A stretch of DNA of 64,000 bases from an uncultured bacterium (GTDB lineage Bacteria; Verrucomicrobiota; Verrucomicrobiia; Limisphaerales; UBA8199). The DNA is taken from NCBI GenBank assembly GCA_963749495.1, contig CAVVMW010000002.1:10591-74590 (forward strand). Direction: 5' to 3'. How positions within the stretch are numbered: position 1 is the first letter of the stretch; every line of letters starts with the position of its first letter. The notes below the pieces were generated by a model, which did not search any database, was not told the DNA's origin, and saw only the letters and a list, made by a program, of their open reading frames with translations. A program made the translations under genes and the position numbers. Positions 1 to 10,494 of this stretch are shown here, piece by piece.

Positions 1-1806
<1,806 letters not shown>

Positions 1807-1867
1807 GCTTATATCCTAAGCCGGAGCCCGCGGAGGGTCAAGGGCGGGGACCGCCTGGGACCTCTAA

Positions 1868-2120
1868 ACGCGTCGGGCACGCGCCTGGGGAGTTCTGTCC
1901 CGGAGGGACATCTGACAATAGCCCGGCGTTTCAACGCCGGGGAGGCCGCAGGATGGACCCTCGTCCCGAAGGGACGATTGAGAACGTGCCTTCCTTTCAG
2001 CCGTCCCTTCGGGACGCACCTGCTCCTTGGGTCCGCTCACCCGGCGTTGAAACGCCGGGCTATTGTCGGAAGCCCCTGCGGGGCAAAAAGGCGCTGTGGG
2101 CTGACCGACAGTTTCAGTTG
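1868..2120. repeat. REP/MITE-like palindromic element, family A
   Basis: Internal palindromes CCCGGCGTTTCAACGCCGGG and GTCCCGAAGGGAC; close inverted copy at about 61795-62048. Confidence 0.85.
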
Positions 2121-2210
2121 CACCCGGGAGCGGCGGGGCCATATCGGATCTCATCCCCCCCTGCCTTTCCGGGGTTGCCAGAGGGTCCGGGCCCTGGTAT
2201 TCCCGAGGGC

Positions 2211-2927
2211 ATGAAACCAAGTGCGATGTTGAAGTGGATTGTGAGTTCGATCTCGATGGGCTGCGTCGCGGCGAGCGCGCTGGCCCAACCGGAGCCTCCC
2301 GTCATTGAGCCTGGGCCGCCGCCCTCGGATGCGGTGGTGCTCTTCGACGGCGAGGATTTGTCCCAATGGCGGGGCGAGAACGGCGGTCCGGCCCGGTGGG
2401 AGGTCCGGGACGGGGCGATGGTGGTCAATGGGACGGGCGGGTTGGCGACGAGGCGGGAGTTTGGGGATTGCCAGCTTCACCTGGAATGGGCCACGCCCGC
2501 CCAGGTGAGCGGCGAGGGGCAGGGGCGCGGCAACAGCGGTGTCTTCCTCTCGGGACGCTACGAAATCCAGATCCTGGATTCGTATCAAAACAAGACCTAT
2601 TACAATGGCCAGGCCGCCGCCGTTTACAGCCAATACGCCCCCCTGGTCAATGCCTCGCGCAGGCCGGGCCAATGGCAGACCTACGACATCATCTATCATC
2701 CGCCGAGGTTCGACGAGAAGGGGGCGTTGCTCAAACCGGGCACCGTCACGCTGCTGCACAACGGCGTGCTCGTCCAGGACCATGTCCAGATCAAGGGCTC
2801 GACCGCCATGGAGGCCCCCCACAAGTACTCCGCCCATCCCCTCAAGCAGGCCCTGTCCTTGCAGGACCACGGCAACCCGGTCCGGTTCCGCAATATCTGG
2901 ATTCGCGAGCTTCCAATGCCTCAGTGA
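2211..2927 (+). CDS. DUF1080 (3-keto-disaccharide hydrolase-like) secreted protein
   Basis: Signal peptide, [21 protein letters not shown]...[26 protein letters not shown]. Confidence 0.92.
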   Translation: MKPSAMLKWIVSSISMGCVAASALAQPEPPVIEPGPPPSDAVVLFDGEDLSQWRGENGGPARWEVRDGAMVVNGTGGLATRREFGDCQLHLEWATPAQVSGEGQGRGNSGVFLSGRYEIQILDSYQNKTYYNGQAAAVYSQYAPLVNASRRPGQWQTYDIIYHPPRFDEKGALLKPGTVTLLHNGVLVQDHVQIKGSTAMEAPHKYSAHPLKQALSLQDHGNPVRFRNIWIRELPMPQ

Positions 2928-3162
2928 AGGCAGGAGCTGCACTGCGGGCAGACCCCTCACCCCAACCCTCTCCCCACCCGCTGCAACGGCGCGGCAGCGC
3001 GGCGAGTCGGATGGGGAGAGGGCGGATTGTCCGTAGCGGCCCGAGCAACCTGAGACCCGTGGAAGTTCAAGCGACTGCCGAGGCCTCTCCCTCTCCCCGT
3101 CCGACGGGGAGAGGGTTGGGGTGAGGGGTCCGCCGGGGATTCTACGTCCGCCTTCACTGACT
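2922..3162. repeat. REP/MITE-like element, family C, with terminal IRs CAGTGAAGGC/GCCTTCACTG
   Basis: CCCCTCACCCCAACCCTCTCCC and its inverse; related copies at about 9468-9770, 51340-51710 and 60510-60575. Confidence 0.8.
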
Positions 3163-3181
3163 GACCGGTTAGGCGAGCTTT

Positions 3182-3389
3182 CGGCAACTCCTTGATGCGG
3201 ATGTTGCGGAAGCTCACGGTGCCGTGATCGCCCTGGAGGAGGATCGGCCCGGGTTCACCGATCTTATTGTCAATCTCGCCGCCGGTGGGCCGGGTACACT
3301 CGACGTTGTCGTGGATCTTGACCCCGTTGAGGACCACGGTGATGCGGTTGCCGATGATCGTGGCCTCGGCGGTCTGCCATTGGCCTGCG
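3182..3389 (-). pseudogene. Displaced duplicate of the 3' end of the DUF1080 gene at 8754-9377
   Basis: About 204 bp near-identical to 8757-8960 (4 synonymous differences seen); no 5' part. Confidence 0.92.
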
Positions 3390-3418
3390 GACCCCTTTGC
3401 TTTGGTTGCAAACGGGTC

Positions 3419-3477
3419 GGTCCCGGAAAGCTGAATTCGCAAGGGTCATGTCGCTTCTAATTCAGCTTTCCGGGACC
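3419..3477. repeat. Perfect 19-bp inverted repeat hairpin
   Basis: GGTCCCGGAAAGCTGAATT (3419-3437) and AATTCAGCTTTCCGGGACC (3459-3477). Confidence 0.9.
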
Positions 3478-3557
3478 CCTTCACCTTCACCTTCAGGGCT
3501 CTGACACGGCTGCATTTCATTGTGGAATTCCCGGGAGCATTGGTCTATCTTCCCGGC

Positions 3558-3767
3558 ATGCCGCAGACACTTGAAAGACGTGTGCAAGAGCTAGAGCACA
3601 AGCTTGCCGAGCTGACTAATGCTGTCACCGCTCGGAAGCCGCGAAAAAAGGACTGGCAGAGGACATTCGGCCTTTCGCAGGGCGATAACGGTTTCAAGGA
3701 GATGGTGAAGCTGGGACGGCAGTACCGCCAAAGCCTCAGGGAGAAGGGCAACGGTGCTGGTTCTTGA
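3558..3767 (+). CDS. Putative antitoxin
   Basis: 69-aa ORF overlapping the start of a PIN toxin gene. Confidence 0.75.
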   Translation: MPQTLERRVQELEHKLAELTNAVTARKPRKKDWQRTFGLSQGDNGFKEMVKLGRQYRQSLREKGNGAGS

Positions 3768-4176
3768 TACAGATCACTTGGTCGAGTTCGATGAGGCCAG
3801 CGCTGCGGGGGCGCGGCTCAAAGAGCGCTTGGTGGCTGCGGACGAGGAGATCGCTGCCACAATCATTTCTGTTGAGGAACAGTTTCGCGGTTGGGTAGCG
3901 CAGATCCACAGATTGCACGCGGACCCACACGCCCAGATTCCCGCCTACGCCCGCCTGAAACGCCGCCTCGATTTCTACGCAGGCTGGAACGTTTTGCCAT
4001 GGGATGCCAGTTCAGCTCGAGGCTTTGTCAACTTCCGCCGCCGAGGTTTGCGCGTCGGTTCGATGGATTTGAAAATCGCCTGCATTGCTCTCGCGCACGA
4101 CGCCACTCTGTTGACTCGCAACGCAACCGACTTCGCCCAAGTGCCCGGTCTGCGAATCGAGAACTGGCTGGACTGA
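3754..4176 (+). CDS. PIN-domain VapC-like toxin
   Basis: LVLDTDHL...EE...MDLKIACIALAHDATLLTRNATDF motifs. Confidence 0.92.
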   Translation: MLVLDTDHLVEFDEASAAGARLKERLVAADEEIAATIISVEEQFRGWVAQIHRLHADPHAQIPAYARLKRRLDFYAGWNVLPWDASSARGFVNFRRRGLRVGSMDLKIACIALAHDATLLTRNATDFAQVPGLRIENWLD

Positions 4177-4349
4177 CCCATGCCGCTGCTCGATGGCGCA
4201 TCATTGACGCAATACGCCAGCAGGCCCCCGAAGTCGGCGGGGTGCGGCCGGAGCAACAAGGAGATTGGCGCGAACCTTCACATCAGTCAATGAGATTGTC
4301 ATATTAGCCCTTTGATCAGAATAGTACATTCTCATTGACTGACCCCTTT

Positions 4350-4693
4350 ACGGCCCCGCATGGGACCATTACCTCCTCGGCTCGTCATATTATCCCGAAT
4401 GGTGGGAAGAACAGGAGTGGGAGAAGGATTTTCGGCGGATGCAGGAGTTGGGTTTCAATACAGTCCGCATGGGGGAATTCGCCTGGGCGGCTTTTGAACC
4501 GGCAGAAGGCCGGTTCCAGTTCGGTTGGATGGACCGAGCGATTGGGCTGGCCAACGGCCACGGGATTCAGGTCATCCTGGGCACACCCACGGCATCAGTG
4601 CCTCCGTGGTTGCGGCAACGGCACCGGGATGTGCTGGACGGCAATGACCGGGGGCCTTTTACTTATGGCGGCCGCAAGGGGTACTGCAACTGA
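4350..4693 (+). pseudogene. N-terminal fragment of GH42 beta-galactosidase
   Basis: GSSYYPEWW...MQELGFNTVRMGEFAWAAFEPAEGRFQFGWMD...GTPTASVPPWL; cut off at the first 56-bp repeat. Confidence 0.88.
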
Positions 4694-4749
4694 ACTGATA
4701 AGAAATTGCTTTTTTGCCGCCCCTCCGGCTATTGACGCTGCGCGGGTGA
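4694..4749. repeat. 56-bp direct repeat, copy 1 (IS91-like oriIS end)
   Basis: ACTGATAAGAAATTGCTTTTTTGCCGCCCCTCCGGCTATTGACGCTGCGCGGGTGA; five identical copies. Confidence 0.97.
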
Positions 4750-5994
4750 GCCTACCTGGGGTGCGCTGATAGACAAATCTGGAGCCAGCGTCAACTGGAC
4801 CTTAGTGATCGGCCCCAATGGAGGGGGCCATTCAGCCATTATCGGGGCGTTAGGATCCCGGTAGAGTTCCACATTGAAACGCAGCACGAGATCGTTGCCG
4901 GCAAACTGGATCTCTCTCAACTCGATGCCTTGCGCGCTGGCAAGCTCCGAGGCATCCTTGCCGCTGAACAAATCGCTGATCTTAACCGATTTGTCAGGCT
5001 TCGCCCGGCAGGCCGCCAGATCAGCGTCGTAGCCCTTCAAGGCGGCCTGGAAGGCGGGGATCGTTTGGCCTTCGACCATCGGAATGCGCGCCGGCTGGGC
5101 CAAATAGATCAACAAGTTGCCCCCTTTGTAGTCGGTGGTCAGCCCAACCATTGTTCCGTTGAGCAAAGCCAGTTTGCAAAACTTGGGACCCACCCACAGG
5201 TCGCCAGAGCCCGGCAACAAGATGGCCTCACTCAGGAAACTGTCGCATTTCAGTGCCGCTACCAGCCCGGCCGGTGATGCCACTGAGACCTTCTCAGGGG
5301 CGAACCAGGGACGCCAGCCACCAGGCCATTTCCAATCAGCCAACTTGCCGTCAAGTAAAAGCAGCACGGGCTCGCCGTTGATACGTCCCGCCAACAAATC
5401 CATCTGAGCCGAATACACCAACTCAAGCTTGTTGCCGGCAGGACACCCGCAGCCGAACGTGACGCGCCCAACTTCTGGCGCCACCGAGACGAGGTTGATT
5501 GACGGCACCAATTCGGCGTGCCCATAGGGCATCAGAGCGCGCGGCCCGAATACGTGCATAAAGTCAAATGCGATCGTTCCGGCTACCTCGGCGCGATTCC
5601 AAGCCTGAGTGCGCGAGCCTTCCAGCCACGATGCCGCGAAGGCATCAAGTTGGTCAACCGTGACAGAACCGACGGAATGGCGCAGAGCCAACCGCGGGCC
5701 AATGGCGCTGCACGACCAGATTACGCGGTTGAGGGCAAAATAAGTGCCAGCCCGCGGCCCGATCCATGCGGCGTTATAGGCCGCCGAATAGATCAGGTCC
5801 ACCGAGTGGCCGCTCACAGCCGACGTTCGCGTCTGGACGGTAAGAGGGCCCACGTCCGATGGAATACCGATTTGCGCCGGCTCCGACCACGTTGGCGCCG
5901 CATCCTGCGCGCGCGAATCTGCCACACCGCTCGCCACCACGGCACCGAGAATTCCGGCCAAGCATATGGAGTGTTTCAACGTCATGTTGTCCAC
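4729..5994 (-). CDS. Hypothetical secreted protein; stop codon lies inside repeat copy 1
   Basis: 421-aa ORF with signal-peptide-like N terminus; last residues encoded by the repeat. Confidence 0.7.
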   Translation of the reverse strand: MDNMTLKHSICLAGILGAVVASGVADSRAQDAAPTWSEPAQIGIPSDVGPLTVQTRTSAVSGHSVDLIYSAAYNAAWIGPRAGTYFALNRVIWSCSAIGPRLALRHSVGSVTVDQLDAFAASWLEGSRTQAWNRAEVAGTIAFDFMHVFGPRALMPYGHAELVPSINLVSVAPEVGRVTFGCGCPAGNKLELVYSAQMDLLAGRINGEPVLLLLDGKLADWKWPGGWRPWFAPEKVSVASPAGLVAALKCDSFLSEAILLPGSGDLWVGPKFCKLALLNGTMVGLTTDYKGGNLLIYLAQPARIPMVEGQTIPAFQAALKGYDADLAACRAKPDKSVKISDLFSGKDASELASAQGIELREIQFAGNDLVLRFNVELYRDPNAPIMAEWPPPLGPITKVQLTLAPDLSISAPQVGSPAQRQ

Positions 5995-6321
5995 CTATTA
6001 CTTTAGTCCTGCCAAAACGCAAGATCCGAACCGTCCCGCGCAGTTGGCACCCGCACGTAAACGGGCCAATAACCGTTTGTTGGGCATGGCGGGTAAAAGC
6101 CCGTCGAAAAGCCGAATATGGCACTGTTTTCCATACTCGCTTCAGGAGCCTGGCTGGCATAGGCAACCCCGTACAAAGGATCGTACCACGCCGAGCCCCG
6201 GACTGCATCTGGTACAGGAGGATCTGGTGGTTGCCAAAAACCTTCTCGGACGGGGTGGCTGAGTTTTGGCCAGCCGATCCGGTCAGGCTCGCCAGGTCGC
6301 CGTAAGTGTTGTTTGGGTAAG
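5995..6321 (-). pseudogene. 3' fragment of an unidentified larger gene
   Basis: Coding-like YPNNTYGDLASLTGSAGQNSATPSEKVFGNHQILLY...WYDPLYG (apparent frame change) starting abruptly at repeat copy 2. Confidence 0.45.
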
Positions 6322-6377
6322 ACTGATAAGAAATTGCTTTTTTGCCGCCCCTCCGGCTATTGACGCTGCGCGGGTGA
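6322..6377. repeat. 56-bp direct repeat, copy 2
   Basis: Identical to copy 1. Confidence 0.97.
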
Positions 6378-6542
6378 GAATCAACTGGAGCGTTTTCGGT
6401 TTGATGTCCCGGTGCATTGGCACGCAAGGATGGAGGGGCCCTTTGGCATAATGGCAATGGGAAGCTGTTCGGCGAAGGAAGTCGAAACCCAGACGCTTCA
6501 GGGCGCGACACACGTCTGGTCCTGAAAGATCGCGCCGCAGCT
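6378..6542 (-). pseudogene. Internal fragment of a HicA-family toxin gene
   Basis: LRRDLSGPDVCRALKRLGFDFLRRTASHCHY...VPMHRDIKPKTLQLIL; both ends cut by repeats. Confidence 0.8.
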
Positions 6543-6598
6543 ACTGATAAGAAATTGCTTTTTTGCCGCCCCTCCGGCTATTGACGCTGCGCGGGTGA
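6543..6598. repeat. 56-bp direct repeat, copy 3
   Basis: Identical to copy 1. Confidence 0.97.
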
Positions 6599-6653
6599 TT
6601 AGGACCAGGCAAGGAGAAACCTGGCATTTCGGGCACTTTGCGCCAGTGGTTGG

Positions 6654-7541
6654 TCATTTTTGCCACCAGCTCTTATGTGGCTCCTCTTCGACTTTCATAA
6701 GCTGAGAATTCCAGGGGCGGCACCAAGGGCCTTCCAGGACCATTGACTCGTAAACGTAGCCAGTGGCGCAGAGAAAGTGCAGCCACGAGTGCCAGTCAGG
6801 ATGATTGGGGATGTAGTTGCCCAGTGTATATACGATAGTGTTGTTGTCCGACGTGTCCGGTTCACCCAATATGCCAAGCAGTTGCTCCTTGGAAAGCTTA
6901 TATAATGGCGGGGGGCGATAGCCAACAATTCTTCGCGTGGAGGCGTCCACTTGGAATATCATAGAACGGGTTGGCAGAAGCGATAGAAGCTTAGCGCTCT
7001 CCTCAACCCTGTCCTGAGTCACTTTGATGCGGAACCTGCGGCCATACTCTTTAAGCACTACGTTAACGCATGGTTCATCGATCGCAAACGGTTGGAGGAC
7101 ATATGCAGCGGACCTCCACGTTGACTCATCCTTTTCTTCTCTAAGAATACGAATCAAGACCGGAAATGCCGGTTTGGCGGTTGGGCCCATCTTGCTCAGC
7201 ATTTCGATGGCGCTGAGCCGAATACTCTTCGGGTTATCCGGCTTGGGTAGATGGCGTTGTAACCATCCCGGCAACCTGTCCCAGATGATATTGTAAGGAG
7301 GCCCAAATGCCGTTCGGGGTTTTTCCACGTAGTCTATTAAGAACGGAATCGCTCTGGCGTCGGGTGTTGGAAGATTCCATTCGAACTTGCCGTTCACCGA
7401 ACGCCACGGTTCTTGCCTAACCCAGTAGCCTAACGGTTTTCCCTGATATACCGGCCCCCGGTGGCATATTCCAGGCCATATTGCCCACGCAGCGAACGCA
7501 ATGACCGGCACCGCAATTATGATGTAGGCCGGCTTCTGCAT
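6654..7541 (-). CDS. Membrane-anchored HEAT-repeat-like hypothetical protein
   Basis: N-terminal TM, PVYQGKPLGYWV, LSKMGPTAKPAFPVLIRIL; visibly lower GC than the backbone. Confidence 0.75.
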   Translation of the reverse strand: MQKPAYIIIAVPVIAFAAWAIWPGICHRGPVYQGKPLGYWVRQEPWRSVNGKFEWNLPTPDARAIPFLIDYVEKPRTAFGPPYNIIWDRLPGWLQRHLPKPDNPKSIRLSAIEMLSKMGPTAKPAFPVLIRILREEKDESTWRSAAYVLQPFAIDEPCVNVVLKEYGRRFRIKVTQDRVEESAKLLSLLPTRSMIFQVDASTRRIVGYRPPPLYKLSKEQLLGILGEPDTSDNNTIVYTLGNYIPNHPDWHSWLHFLCATGYVYESMVLEGPWCRPWNSQLMKVEEEPHKSWWQK

Positions 7542-7855
7542 GGGGGGAGTATAAACCAGTCAGCGAGTATGGCAACTCCATAATCCCAGGCCCCAGAGCA
7601 AAAGGTCCAATATCGTGGCCTGGTCACCGTTGAGCAGTGACGGGCTGGCATCCTTTACCCGCAGCCCATTAACGCCGTGGACCAGCTTCGTCAGGTCCAG
7701 CGCCGAGGGCACGCAATTATTGCAGCCCCATCTACAGGCTGACGCTGCATCCTTGGCCCTGGCGTGAAAGGTGCTCCTGGGTCACAAGGCCGCTCGTTAC
7801 CCGGAAGATTGCCGCTTGACTGCTGGGGACGAAGACTTAAGCTTGCGTCATGCGG

Positions 7856-7967
7856 ACTGATAAGAAATTGCTTTTTTGCCGCCCCTCCGGCTATTGACGC
7901 TGCGCGGGTGAACTGATAAGAAATTGCTTTTTTGCCGCCCCTCCGGCTATTGACGCTGCGCGGGTGA
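7856..7967. repeat. 56-bp direct repeat, copies 4 and 5 in tandem (7856-7911, 7912-7967)
   Basis: Two abutting identical copies; copy 5 is contiguous with the transposase-downstream region. Confidence 0.97.
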
Positions 7968-8202
7968 GGGAGAATTGGTTTCTGGCCGCATTCAGCACGG
8001 GGGGATGATGCAGGAGCGGCACGCGCCCGTCAACGGGCAAATTGTGCCGGTTCCTGGGAGGTTTTGGCGGCGGCGGGGTCGGAAGCGGCAGCCAGGGCAG
8101 GAACCTGCCCAGAAATGGGCTTGGTTACCCCACGGCCTGGGCGTCGAGGGGGCGTCGCCGGGCAGAGCTTGCTCGGTCCCGAGGGCCTTAAGCCAGCGGC
8201 GC

Positions 8203-8500
8203 TCAATCTGTCAGCACGCTCTCGTAATCCGGGGTGGGGTCCACGTCGTCACAGGGTTCGTAGGTGTAAGGCCCTGCGGCGCCTGGCGAGGACAAGCCGG
8301 CAGGCGGGTCGTGCCAGGCGCCGAGGTGACGGAGAATCTTCTCCACCACCCGCGGGTCGTCAATCACGGCGATGACGCGCATCGGGTTTTGGCAGACGGG
8401 ACAGCGGAGGGGATCAGCATGCCAGACGCGGAGGATCCGCCTTCGCTAAAGCTACGGCGGGACAGGTTAGGTCGCGCCACTTCTTGGAGGGGTGGCTCAG
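8203..8500 (-). mobile_element. C-terminal remnant of an IS91/ISCR-family rolling-circle (Y2/HUH) transposase
   Basis: After removing the insertion at 8436-8466 it reads KKWRDLILRVWHADPLRCPVCQNPMRVIAVIDDPRVVEKILRHLG, the ISCR-type C-terminal motif; catalytic domain absent. Confidence 0.82.
8436..8466. repeat. 31-bp REP-like hairpin inserted in the transposase remnant
   Basis: TCCGCCTTCGCTAAAGCTACGGCGGGACAGG; its removal restores the D-L-I-L-R frame. Confidence 0.8.
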
Positions 8501-8753
8501 ACACCCCCCAAGCACTCTTGATGGCCCCGACAATCCTCAGACGGAGTACACCTGTTTTCCAGGGGATTCGGATAGGGGTGGTTTTAGGTTTACACAACCG
8601 CCGCCCCATTGATCTATGGGGGTGCCGGGTTGGAGTTCGCGCCCCCGCCCTGCGGGGCCGGTATGGTGGATTTGGCCGGCCGCTTGGCTGCGGCCAAGGC
8701 GCGACTGGTGTCCATGGCAGCCGGGAGCCCTGGGCGATTTTATTACCCCCTGC

Positions 8754-9377
8754 TTACGGCAACTCCTTGATGCGGATGTTGCGGAAGCTCACGGTGCCGT
8801 GGTCACCCTGGAGGAGGATCGGCCCGGGTTCACCGATCTTATTGTCAATCTCCCCGCCGGTCGGCCGGGTACACTCGACGTTGTCGTGGATCTTGACCCC
8901 GTTGAGGACCACGGTGATGCGGTTGCCGATGATCGTGGCCTCGGCGGTCTGCCATTGGCCCGCCGGCCTGGTGACGAACTGGTCCGGGGCCCTGAAGCCG
9001 TAGATCGAGCCGTTGCAGGTGGGCGTGGCCTTGCCGGATTTATAGTCGCCCAGGATTTGAATCTCCTGCCGGCCGCGCAGGTAGAAGCCGCTGTTGGAGT
9101 TTTCCGGCGTCATGAACTCGTAGCGGACCGTGAAGTTCGCAAATGTCCGCTCGGTCAGCAGGTCGGTGCCGTGGGCGCCGCGTTCGACGGTGTTTTTCAA
9201 GATACCGCCCGGCTGGACACTCCAGGAGGGGTGGCCATTGGGGTTGGGCAATTTCCACCCGGTTAGGTCCGTGCCGTTGAAGAGCGGGCGGAAATCCTTT
9301 TCGTCGTCGGTGCCGGCCAGCAGGAGCGGGGCCGACGCCAGGAGGGCCAGTGAGAGCAGTGTGAGGGTCTTTTTCAT
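8754..9377 (-). CDS. DUF1080 secreted protein
   Basis: LFNGTDLTGW, NSGFYLRG, LQGDHGTVSFRNIRIKEL. Confidence 0.93.
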   Translation of the reverse strand: MKKTLTLLSLALLASAPLLLAGTDDEKDFRPLFNGTDLTGWKLPNPNGHPSWSVQPGGILKNTVERGAHGTDLLTERTFANFTVRYEFMTPENSNSGFYLRGRQEIQILGDYKSGKATPTCNGSIYGFRAPDQFVTRPAGQWQTAEATIIGNRITVVLNGVKIHDNVECTRPTGGEIDNKIGEPGPILLQGDHGTVSFRNIRIKELP

Positions 9378-9467
9378 GGTAGTCAGTAGTCCTAAACTCA
9401 GTCTGCCCGCATGATGCGCCGGCAGCCGGGAGTGTCAAACGGAAAACGGCTTCCACTGTGGGGCCTC

Positions 9468-9770
9468 GGTGAAGGCGGGAGCGTCACTGCCCCCGTCTCA
9501 CCGCGTAGCGGTGCCCGATGGTAGCCGTGGACTTCCAGTCCACGGACCCATAGCCCAAGCTCAACCGCGTCGCGCAGCGACGCCTGAAAACCGCGGCGCT
9601 GTCAGGCGTCGCTACGCGACGCGTGACTATTCCCGCGCCCTGAACCGTGGACCGAGGTCCACGGCTACCTTCACTGCGTCGCTACGCGACGCTTCTCCCT
9701 CTCCCCATCCGACGGGGAGAGGGCCGGGGTGAGGGGTCCGCCGGGGACTCCGTCTTCGCCTTCACTGACG
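9468..9770. repeat. Composite REP/MITE (families B and C)
   Basis: CGTCGCTACGCGACG and CCGTGGACTTCCAGTCCACGG palindromes; copies at about 51340-51710 and 60510-60740. Confidence 0.85.
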
Positions 9771-9780
9771 GGTTACGGCG

Positions 9781-10372
9781 CTACCGCCCGCGCACCTCAA
9801 TCCATGTCCGGGCCTGGGCGCCGGTGCGCGGCTCCGAGACGGCGATTTGGTGGCGGCCCTGGGCCAGGAGGGCGATCTGGCTGCCGCCTTGCCGGACCAG
9901 TTCCAGAGAGTCGCTCCGGCTCCGAAAATGCGTTGGTGCTCGGGCTGGAGGGCGCAAACCCGGTGAGGTCGAACGCCGGCGTGGCCAGGCTCCGGCTCAA
10001 CACGGCCTGGACAGGCCGCCCGTCGGCGGCCGTCAGGCCGGGCCGCAGAGAGAATTGGTAGCGCGTGTCCAGGGCCAGCGGTTCATCCGGCGTGAAAGTG
10101 CCGCTGCGCGCGCTCAGCCACGTGAACCTGCCCGCAATCGCCGGCACGATCACCAGCGGCGAATCGGTCGTGGGCTCGCCGATTTGCCCGGCCCGGGCCA
10201 TGACCTGGTCAAACCGAAGCTCGAACGTCATCCCCGGCGCCGGCTCCGGCCCCCCCAGGACCAACTCAACCCCCCGGGACTCATCCCGGCCCCGCCCGCA
10301 ACCGGCCAGCACGACGGCTAACAACGCCGCGGCCAATACCTGGCCCGACCGCACCAATGCCAAGGGTTTCAT
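9781..10372 (-). pseudogene. Deletion remnant: alpha-2-macroglobulin-like lipoprotein 5' end joined to a PbpC-like 3' end
   Basis: Lipobox LAGC, FELRFDQVM...GRFTWLSARSGTFTP; then in another frame SDSLEL...LAQGRHQIAVSEPRTGAQARTWIEVRGR*. Confidence 0.6.
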
Positions 10373-10494
10373 ACTCTCGCGTGTGAGAAAACCTTTACGC
10401 CGGAAAGCGAATCCTGCAATCGAATTCAGGAAAAAGTTGTTCACCAAAAAAAAGGTGGATCTGGAGCCGGGATGATGGCAGAAGAAGCTGCAGC

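Noticed and set aside
4694..6598. 56-bp repeats as simple MITE insertions into continuous DNA
   Set aside because: Removing them does not restore any gene; left and right flanks are unrelated and no TSD is visible.
4694..7967. 56-bp repeats as a CRISPR array
   Set aside because: Spacers of 0-1572 bp are far too irregular and no cas genes are in the window.
4694..7967. 56-bp repeats as integron attC sites
   Set aside because: No RYYYAAC...GTTRRRY ends or long imperfect palindrome, no intI, and genes are cut mid-frame rather than carried as whole cassettes.
3182..8960. DUF1080 or nrdJ 3' duplicates as DGR template/variable repeats
   Set aside because: Differences are mostly synonymous and not adenine-specific, and no DGR RT is present.
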